From Antechinus flavipes (taxonomy: Eukaryota), in contig NC_067401.1 in assembly GCF_016432865.1 (NCBI RefSeq), positions 38,750,001 to 38,814,000 on the forward strand: DNA of 64,000 nt, read 5' to 3'. This document shows, in pieces, positions 55,566 through 64,000 of the stretch. The notes beneath the pieces are model-generated. The model had not been told where the DNA came from. It saw only the letters and a program-made list of their open reading frames with translations, and made no database searches. Each line of letters starts with the position of its first letter. Within the stretch, counting starts at the first letter, position 1. A program made the position numbers and the translations under genes.

Positions 55566-56821
55566 ACCAGAATATTTTTAATGCATAAAATAACATTGGA
55601 TGACAGAAGAAGCCAATTATATGGAAATAATTGTTTTCAAAATACTTTTTGAAATTCATAGACCCTAGTCAAACAGCCCCTATTTGAGGGGAAAACTAAG
55701 GTAAGAATAAATTAATGTTTTTAGCTCATTAGAATACCTTGAGTAGTGTCCTCGATGTAGAAAGTTGCTAGTGGATAAATTATCTTTTTCCATATCCACA
55801 ATTAAGTTTTTACTGCCTCAGATAATTCCAATACTGTCTTGTCAGAAGAAATGGAGTCTGACCCAGGGGAATCAGGTAGTCAGTGAAGCACTTTTTTTTA
55901 CATTTCCCCTCTGGTAAACAAGTTAGTCGTCGTTTGCCTCAGTTTCCTCTACTGTAAAATTAGATAATGGCACCTTCAAAGAATTGTTGTTAGGATCTAG
56001 TGAGATATTTGCAAAGTGTTTATTTAGCAGAGTCTCTGGCATAATTGGTGCTACAGAAATGCTTATTCTCTTCTCTTTATCTGCAAAATGATTGTGGTCC
56101 ATTTATCATCAGTCTCCGGATAGCTTTTGCTTCCTGTTCTAAGGGGCGCTAAAGTAAAGGACAGAACCAGTAGAACTATTGCCATGGACTAAAATCTTCC
56201 ATATTTGGGCTGCTGTTGAGACTCTTCATGATAGGAGTAGAGAATACATGGGTTTTGATGTCAAGTCAACTTCCTTAGTGCAATATGACTCCCAGGATAA
56301 ACAGTGAATGGACAAAGGGGACAACATTAATTTATTATAAACAGCTCACATTTATATAGTGCTTTAAAAATTGGAACACATTTTGCATTCTTTGTTCTAC
56401 CCTGGAAGATTGGTGGTGGTGATAGGATCGCCACATTATGGATAAGGAAACTGGCTCAGGTTGGTTACATGGGCGCTTAAGATCCTCCCTGACTCCAGGT
56501 CCAGCAATATCTAAACCCACTTGACCAGAGGCATCACACATGTGACCCACACTCCCAGGTGAGGTTTGAATTAAATCCAAGTGTAATTGGGAAATATTTT
56601 ACCAAATTGATAAAAAATAAAAAGCAAAATTACATATTAAAAGTCAATTGTGTAGTTCAGCAGGGCTCTTTCTGTACAATTAGTGTGGCTCAGTTTCTAC
56701 CCGAGTTTGGCAACACTGCCCTAGATCATCTTTTGCCTCAGGATTAAATATGTCCACTTCTCAGTGCTATTATTTTGTTACTCTCAAAGACAAAAACCAA
56801 GAATCGATGATTCTACTACCC

Positions 56822-56827
56822 TTTATT
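56822..56827 (-). terminator. OAZ3: Candidate OAZ3 polyadenylation signal AATAAA
   Basis: tttatt on the + strand, about 130 nt after the OAZ3 stop. Confidence 0.55.
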
Positions 56828-56955
56828 CCTGGGTTGGGAGGAGGTACCCTGAATCACATCCTAAAAACCTAGGACTCTGGATCCCACTATGCCTGGGGCC
56901 TGAGCCATATTATTTAACCTCCAGTTCCCCCACTTGAGTGGGAGCATGGCTGTAT

Positions 56956-57098
56956 TTAGGAAGGCTTACTAGATAAGTGGCCACAATCCCTCTCAAGAGG
57001 GTATACCATGAAGATGACATTGTCCCAGGGTGGGAGGGCAGGGTGGTCGGGTCTAACCACCTCAAAGCCCATGTAGCTGAAGGCCCGAAGCAAGGCAC
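56956..57098 (-). CDS. OAZ3: OAZ3 terminal coding exon (GALLRAFSYMGFE...SKPS*)
   Basis: tcgtag|GT ... TAA at 56958-56956. Confidence 0.96.
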
Positions 57099-59343
57099 CT
57101 ACGAGGGAGGAGAAAGCAAGTCACTAGACGAGCCCTTTTCGAGCTTACCCACTTTCTTATCCCTCCACCTCTCCATACCCTTCCTTTGTCTCCCAACTTC
57201 CCTCAAGTACAGATAGAAAACTCCCAAAAGGATTACTTCCCAAGCCCACAGTCTCAACAGTGCAGAGGAAAAGGAACAATAGTGAGGGTGTCTCCATCAA
57301 CACAAAGTGGACAGGGCAGTTTCCCAACCCCAATACCTCGGTCATTCCTAGCATTGTGGAAGTTCACAAACACTGAGTCCACATCTGTTTTCTCCTCCAC
57401 ATACTCCAGTGTCGCTGTCAAACTGGGAGCCAGAGAAAGAGAAGCTACTGAATGTAACCACGCAATAACAAGGGACAAGCCTATTGTCAAATTCATCAGC
57501 TACCTGATCCTTCCTTAACCTAAACACCCGAGGAGCAAGTTTCCAAAAGTTGGTGTAAATACTCCAAATTTTGCAGCTTATTAGACTTATCCAGAGTAAA
57601 GTAAAAAGCCAAGGAGACTTCCTACCATAGGAAAAATATTATTCTTCCATATCAGTTTCTAGAAGCCTAAGGGCTCCATGTCTGTGTGTGCCTTAAGCCC
57701 ATCTCCATTTATCTATGGAACAGGGGCTCCATTTGTGTGTCATCATACGTATATCTTCATATTTAATCCCTATGTATATCTTGGCCTTTCACATCTAGAG
57801 CATCATTTTCAGGGATAGCTGACTGCCTGGCTATCCCATGAGAGTAATCCAAGTTGGGATAATGAAGGTTCTACTCTCACCTCTCCCGATTGCCTTGGTC
57901 CAGTGCCCTGTAGGGGATGTCCAGGAAGAGCCGATGGTCACAGAGGAGGCCGTGCCAGTGGGCAGAAGCCTGAGGGGTGAGGCGGAAGTGGAAATCTAAT
58001 TGTACTGGGTCCTGGTGGAGCAGGGAATCATTAGCTAGCACCGTCAGGTTCCCAGCCTGTAAAGAAAAAAAAAGTCAAAGTTAGAAAAGTTTTTTTTAAT
58101 TGAATGCTTCCATCCAAACTTGCCCCCCCCCCAAAAAAAAAAAAAAGTCATTGGAGCTTTCATAGTATCCCTTAATTCCAGAATTTAACACTCAAAAATC
58201 AGATTATCAGGATAGCATATTGTCTAACCTCAATTTATCAATTATCCCTAGAGGCTTTGCAGTTAGAGGTGGTTGAATTCTTCCCTGGTAGAGTTTAGAA
58301 AGTTGAAGACTTTATTCCTTCTCTTATTTTATCATTCCAACAGAAAAAAATCTTTCCCAAAACAGCAATACTGTCCTGTTTTCAAGGCAATTATATCAAA
58401 TTCTTTCCTGCCCACTGCTTACTCTGTTAATTATCATTTAGATTCTTTCAATCTCTTCCCTCTTATGAGTAAGGAAATGAAAACTGGACATGTCATCTGA
58501 AGAATATACTAAAGTGGGAAAAGAACACGAAGTCAGAACAATACTTGGTTTCTAGTTTTCACTTTGTCACCTTGGGTAATTCTGTTCCTCCATTGACCTG
58601 TTTTTTCAATTGTAAAATGAGCTTCAACTAAATCTCTAAATTCCCTTAAAAATTATGACAATCTCTTTCAACTGGCTATTCCCCTAGAATGTTGCTATGG
58701 AGAGCAGGTACTGGGATGGGGTGGGGGTCCTCTTCAGAGTTCACTTACCGAGTACAGCTCTTTGAGCTGCTCGTGGTCTCCCTGATCAGTGCTTCTGCCC
58801 ACCTGGAGACCTGCTAGGGACTCAGGAGCACTGGAGGCAGCACCGAGGTCGGAGTGTCAGGTTATCCCTCTCAGTTACGATGTAGCTGATTAAGAAGCAG
58901 GGGCCTAAATTAGGTGCTCATCTGTGTATGATGGGAAACACTAGACCCCTTCATGCCATCTCCTTTCCCCAAATCATTAAATCATCCCTTTTCTGCTGTT
59001 TTCTAAACCAATATCTTTATTACTAAGAATTCTCCACCCCAAACTCCCAACCTATTTCAGTATTTTCCCACCCCTTGCCAGTTGGTAAGTTATTTTGAAA
59101 TTTGAAATGCAGATGGAAGAACAGAGTTTAAAGAAGCAACTGTAGCTTGGGAAGAGCTTAAAAATATTACCTTCTGAGACAAGGGTTACAAGGCATCATC
59201 TTCTCCTGAACGGTGAGCCGGTACTTGTAACAGTAATTCAGACAGGCAAAGGGAGAGCAGAATGGGAACAAAGAGTTTAGTTTATTCCCTTTCTTGATTA
59301 AAGAAAGGGAATATATAGGAGGGCACAGCCTATAACAAGGCAG
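56956..59343 (-). CDS. OAZ3: Ornithine decarboxylase antizyme 3; CUG-initiated, +1 programmed frameshift; about 237 aa (189 aa from the first AUG at 59199)
   Basis: complement join(59171..59343,58749..58885,57881..58056,57337..57422,56956..57098). Frameshift site TCC TGA at 58827-58822. Antizyme domain (LTATLEYVEEKTDVDSVFVNF; ALLRAFSYMGFEVVRPDHP). Confidence 0.96.
57337..57422 (-). CDS. OAZ3: OAZ3 exon (LTATLEYVEEK...RNDR)
   Basis: tcccag|T ... GAG|gtattg, 86 bp. Confidence 0.96.
57881..58056 (-). CDS. OAZ3: OAZ3 exon (AGNLTVLAND...DQGNRE)
   Basis: ttacag|GCT ... GAG|gtgaga, 176 bp. Confidence 0.96.
58749..58885 (-). CDS. OAZ3: OAZ3 frameshift exon (YIVTERDNLTLRPRCCLQCS/ESLAGLQ...KELYS)
   Basis: aatcag|C ... 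TCG|gtaagt, 137 bp, contains TCC TGA G. Confidence 0.95.
59171..59343 (-). CDS. OAZ3: OAZ3 first coding exon from CTG (LPCYRLCPP...EKMMPCNPCLR)
   Basis: Open frame of 57 codons + 2 nt, ending AG|gtaata; the 5' leader ctcactttgccaaagggtggcactgaattaagaaaCTG resembles the human OAZ3 leader as I recall it. Confidence 0.88.
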
Positions 59344-59774
59344 TTTCTTAATTCAGTGCCACCCTTTGGCAAAGTGAGATGGGGAGAGAGGATCTGGAGA
59401 CTTCTGTTACCTACTATCATTGTGACCCGCTAGGCCAGAGACAGTCCCACTGTGACACGGACAGAAGTCCTGGCCCTAACTCATCTCAGGACCTCATTGT
59501 TGCTCTGCATATCTACTTTACCCAAAGGCTCAAAGATATTTCAGAGACAACACATAGGCTTTCCAGTGTTACTCTCTGAAAGCCATTTCATCTTTCCTCA
59601 AAGAATAGTGTCCTCTTCCCCATTCTAGATAGTGGTGTTTTGAGGGAGGAAAGGTTGAAATATCCTCACTGCAAAGTCATAAACCAAGGGAAGAAGTGTT
59701 CTGGGACCTCTTTTCAGAACTGAGGAAGCTACCAGTTTCCTTTTATGTGGTCCATAACTTATGTTTTCCCCTAG

Positions 59775-61130
59775 GTCAATGTTCCTTCAATTTTTTTAAA
59801 ATATTTTTTCCAATTACTTATATAGTTTTCAGCATTTACTTTTGTAAGATTTTGAATTCCAAATTTTTTTCCTCCTTCCTCCCCTCTCCACTCCCCAAGA
59901 GAGCAAGCAATCTGATATGTTATGCATATACAATCACACATATTAGTCATGTTGTAAAAGAAAAATCAGAAGGAAAAAAGTCACAAGAAAAAAAAAGTGA
60001 ATATGCTTTGAGCTGCATTTAGTCTCCATAGTTCTCCAGATGTGGGTGATGTCTATTGGAATTGTTTTGGATCACTGTATTGCTGAGGAGAGTCTGTCAT
60101 AGTTGATCATCACATAATCTTGTTACTGTGTACAGTGATCTTCTGGTTCTGCTCACTTCACTCAGCATCAGTTCATGAAAATCCAAGTTTTTCTGAAATC
60201 AGCCTGATCATTTCATTTTTTTAAATGTTATTTTATTAAAGCTTTTTATTTACAAAACATATGCATGGGTAATTTTTCACCATTGACCCTTGCAAAACGT
60301 TCTATTCCAAATTATCCCCTCTTTCTATCCCCTCCCTTAGATGGCAGGTAGTCTAATACATGTTAAATATGTTTAAAATATATGTTAAATCCAATATATG
60401 TATACATATTTAAAGTTATCTTGCTGCACAAAAAAAAAAAAAAAATCGGATCAAGAAGGAAAAAAAAACTGGGAAAGAAAACAAAATGCGAGCAAACAAC
60501 AGAGTGAGAATGCTATGTTGTGGTCCACACTCAGTTCCCAGAGTCCTTTCTCTGAGTGTAGATGGCTCGCTTCATCACTGAACAATTGGAATTAGTTTGA
60601 ATCATCTCATCATTGAAGAGAGCCAAGACCATCATATAATCTTGTTGTGTACAATAATCTCCTGCTCCTGCTTGTTTCACTCAGCCTCAGTTCATGTATG
60701 TCTCTCCAGGCCTTTCTGAAATCATCCTGCTGACCCTTTCTTACAGAACAATAATATTCCATAACACTCATGTGCCATAACTTATTCAGCCATTCCCCAA
60801 TTGATGGGCACCCCTTCATTTTCCAGTTTCTTGCCACTACACAAAGGGCCACCACAAACATCTTTGTACATGCAGGTCCCTTTCCCTCCTTTAAGATCTC
60901 TTTGGAATATAAGCCCAGTAGAAACCCTGCAAAAGTATGCAGTTTGATATTTTTTTGCTGCTCATCATTTCTTATGAAACAATTACATTTATATGCCATA
61001 ATCTGTTCAGCCATTCCCCAACGATAGGCAACTTCTCAATTTCCAATTCCTTGCCACCACAACAGGGGCTGCTATAAACATTTTTGTACATGTAAGTCCT
61101 TTTCAAGTCTTTTAACTTCTCTTTGGTATA
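59775..61130 (-). mobile_element. Stack of about 3 L1 3' fragments between the OAZ3 and MRPL9 5' ends
   Basis: Repeated L1 3' motifs (cactcagcatcagttcatg at about 60160 and 60680; cagccattcccca at about 60787 and 61008). Confidence 0.75.
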
Positions 61131-61961
61131 CAGACACAGTAACGCCTGTTTCTCCAGGTTGGATCAAAATGTTCACTGAATATAACACATCAAGTGTCCA
61201 CTATATGCAGAATAGATGAGTCTGAAAAATACTGACTTGATTTATAAGGATAGTTGTCATAATTTTTGTGGGCTTTATTTGGAAAAACTTACGTTGACTA
61301 GAATCCAGGACTAGAATCAGCACGTTGGAAGTCCCCTAGATATTTATTGGGAACCTCTTTTCCATTCAGAGCCTGTTTGTTTCTTAATAGATGAAAAACA
61401 CTATTCTTCCCCCGATACTTATAACCGGAGGCTGGTGTAACCGTCTGCTCATGGACGGTCTCCGAAGGTGGTCTTTTCCATCTTTTGAGGAGGACGCCCA
61501 GTGATTTTATCGAATGTACAAGGGACCCTTCCTTGGGGAGGGGAGGGGCGGGGGGGGGGGGGGGAGGAAGAAAGCTCTGACAATAGGAACGCAGGGGTCA
61601 CGCTTCCAGGAGCTCAGCTTTGTCTCGGTTTTGTTTGTGTTTTGCTAAGTCGGGCAGCTTTTCTTAATTTTGCTAGAATTGTGGTCCCCAAAGTGCTAAG
61701 GACAAACTGGGGGGAGCGCACTGCTTCAGAAGGGCACGGCCAGGGAACATCTAACACGCCGACCATTTCTCCTCCGGGTCTCAGTTTCCCAGCTTCGCTT
61801 CCCGAGGACCCTTCCCGACAGAAACTCTAGGGGAGGCTCGCCTGACTGCCTGTCCCCTCACGCGCAGACGTAGTACGTTCTGAATCAGGCGCGTCTCGTG
61901 CGAGCCCTTCTGGCCGGGGTCCTTCTTTCCTGTCGTCGCCGGCGCTCTTCTCTCCGAAGCC

Positions 61962-62072
61962 ATGGCGTTGCGCCTTGGCCGGCTCTTGCTGACTGGGGCC
62001 GGACGGCTGCTTCCTGGACTCAGAGATGGAACTCCCGGCCTGGAGCGTAACTTTAGTCTCTCTCCCAACTGG
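61962..62072 (+). CDS. MRPL9: MRPL9 exon 1
   Basis: ATG ... TGG|gtgagg, 37 codons. Confidence 0.9.
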
Positions 62073-62382
62073 GTGAGGGATCCGAGGGCTTGCCGGGGGA
62101 GGGGAGGAGGAAGCTGCGCTCTGAGCTTCAGGGTGGGCTCCCTGGGGAGAGTGGGAGGGTTCTCCCGCTAGCCCCGGCCCTCGCAGCCTGACCGAGCCCA
62201 CCTCTATTCCCCCTCTTTGGGCCAGAACACAGTGGTCGTGGAGCGCTGGTGGAAGGTCCCGCTGGCCGCCGAGGGCCGGAATCCGCGTCTGCGCCGGCGA
62301 CACCGGATTTACCGGCTGGTGGAGGACACCCAGCACCGACCGAAGGAGAACATGGAACTCATTCTAACCCAGACCATAGAGG
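61962..62382 (+). CDS. MRPL9: Mitochondrial ribosomal protein L9 (bL9m), 3'-partial
   Basis: join(61962..62072,62226..62382). Kozak gccATGg, presequence, then NFSLSPNW / [52 protein letters not shown]. The next exon was not found before the window end. Confidence 0.95.
62226..62382 (+). CDS. MRPL9: MRPL9 exon 2
   Basis: ggccag|AAC ... GAGG|gtaagc, 157 bp. Confidence 0.96.
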
Positions 62383-63329
62383 GTAAGCAAAGGTCTGCGG
62401 CGGCGGGAAGCCTGGCCGGCCAGGTGGGAGCCCCGCATGGGACCCGTGCGGATAAAAGCCAGGACTCTCGCTAGGCCACAGTTGGGACCCTTCGCGAGTC
62501 CTCTCTGTTGCCTCGCCCCTGACCGTTCTCCCGCAGCTGCTCCAGAGCAAAGGAGCCTAGGGGTTAGCTCCGGGATGATGGCGGAGTTTATGTCCATTTT
62601 TAAGGAGGAGAGCAGGGGAGAGAATTTTTTCTGGAGTGAAAAGACCAATAAACTTGGTGGAGATTGAGAAAAGCATCGTCCTCTTGCTTCCCTGGCATCG
62701 TACTGTGCACTTACCCCCAAAAAGGTTATTCTCTTCCTCTAAGGAGAGTGGGCGTATCCGACATCTGTGGTTTATCAAAGTGGGTGCCAGGACAAGTAAT
62801 CTACAGAACCCTCATTAGGAGGGATCCTGGGGTAAGGCATTGACATTTTACTCTTCCCAACTTCCTAACGGCATGCAGTGGTTAACCATGTAGTTTCCTG
62901 ATTTCACTCCGAATTACCTTTTATGCTGTCATGATAAGCTTTTTAAAAACTTTTGAAGAGATGGCCATGAGAGTAAAATCCACTGAGGTGAGGAAGCAGA
63001 GATTTTTGTGACTTAGTTCTGCCTCAATGCCAAAACATCCTTGTTTTTTATATCTGTTTTCAGTGTGATAACCTTTGAAAAGTTTGATGACCACAGATTC
63101 ACTCCAGTTTAAAGTTTTCTTAACTGATCTTGTATAGTGTGACCCAAGTTCAAGTCCCCCATCTCCAATTTATCAGTGTACTTTCTAAAGTGCTATAACT
63201 AGATCTGAATACATTTCTCTAGACAAAGTTTGACCAGTTGAACTGTCACCTCCCATGTTCTGACTTAATTTCCCTTAACGCAACCAAAAATCATGTTAAT
63301 TTTGTTTAAGCTATCATATTATTGAGCTT

Positions 63330-63995
63330 ATAATCCATGAAAACTCTCAGATACTTTAAAATCAAATTATCTTTTGGATGTCTTCAACTGCATGCCCCTT
63401 AGACATCTCAAACTCAACATATCCAAAAAGTAACTTTTTTTTCTTCCCTTGTGAACTGTGCTGTTATTGTTAAAGGCACCACCATTCTTCTAGTCACAGA
63501 CTTTCTGGAAACCTCAGTGTCATCCTCAAGTCTCATCCCATATCTATTATGTTGTTGAATCTTTCACCATATATATCCTCTTATCACTCCATATTAATAG
63601 CCATCACCTTAGTTCAGATAATTCTCATCTCTCATCTGGTCTCTTCCTCCCCTCCATGCAAGCCAGATACATTGACTAGTTGCTTTTTCTCACACATAAC
63701 CCTCCATTTCCTATTTCTGCCTTTGTTCTCCTTGTGTGTGGAGAATGCTTTTTTTTTTTTCTATTCAGTCTCTTCATTTCCTTGAAGACCCCAGGAAAGT
63801 CTCACCTACAAGCAGTTTTTCCTAATCTCCCCAACTACTGACTTTTCCTCTCTTAGGTTACCCTTCATTGAGTTTGTAGCTATTGTGTATGTACATCATT
63901 ATTTACCTGTAGTCTCCTCTGTTGCAGTGTGAGTGCCTTGAAGGCAGGATTTGCTTTTCCCTTTTTATCCCCTGTGCTCAGCACAGGGATAAAAC
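63330..63995 (+). mobile_element. L2 LINE fragment
   Basis: agacatctcaaactcaacatatccaaaa ... gtgagtgccttgaaggcagg ... ctgtgctcagcaca. Confidence 0.65.
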
Positions 63996-64000
63996 TTCAT

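Larger units (their letters stand above)
61730..62560. promoter_or_regulatory. MRPL9: MRPL9 CpG island / promoter
   Basis: CpG-dense segment spanning exons 1-2. Confidence 0.75.

Noticed and set aside
62200-62245. Antisense OAZ3 isoform starting within MRPL9 exon 2 (an annotated human variant, as I recall)
   Set aside because: The corresponding minus-strand position has no ATG here (gtggt rather than gtcat on the + strand)
62636-62818. 60-aa ORF after MRPL9 exon 2 as a possible exon 3
   Set aside because: No similarity to the expected MRPL9 exon 3 (VGVRGDLVSVKK...) and no phase-compatible splice sites

Overview
Eukaryotic (marsupial) genomic DNA. The OC1-type hAT MITE, WSINE1-type SINEs and L1 3' ends point to an Australian dasyurid (inference). 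The window is syntenic with human 1q21.3, in the order RORC (+, partial: 9 coding exons from the first DNA-binding-domain exon to the stop; isoform-specific first exons not found in the window), LINGO4 (+, single coding exon, 593 aa), TDRKH (+, 12 coding exons, 569 aa), OAZ3 (-, 5 coding exons, CUG start and UCC-UGA +1 frameshift, about 237 aa) and MRPL9 (+, first 2 exons, continuing past the window). Exons were called by translating by hand, checking GT-AG boundaries and phase, and comparing with human proteins recalled from memory; no database search was run. The rest is MIR/L2/L3/L1/SINE debris, with two N-gaps. The most notable unexplained structures are: a 1.6-kb minisatellite with three-tier higher-order organisation (42-44 bp, 129 bp, 302 bp) downstream of LINGO4; a roughly helically phased array of 8 CCAAT boxes at the TDRKH promoter; a probably horizontally transferred OC1 MITE with a perfect TSD in TDRKH; candidate in-frame upstream exons of LINGO4; a NAGNAG acceptor in TDRKH that could add a stop codon; and a conserved non-AUG, Cys-rich OAZ3 ORF1. 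I found no clearly new gene system.
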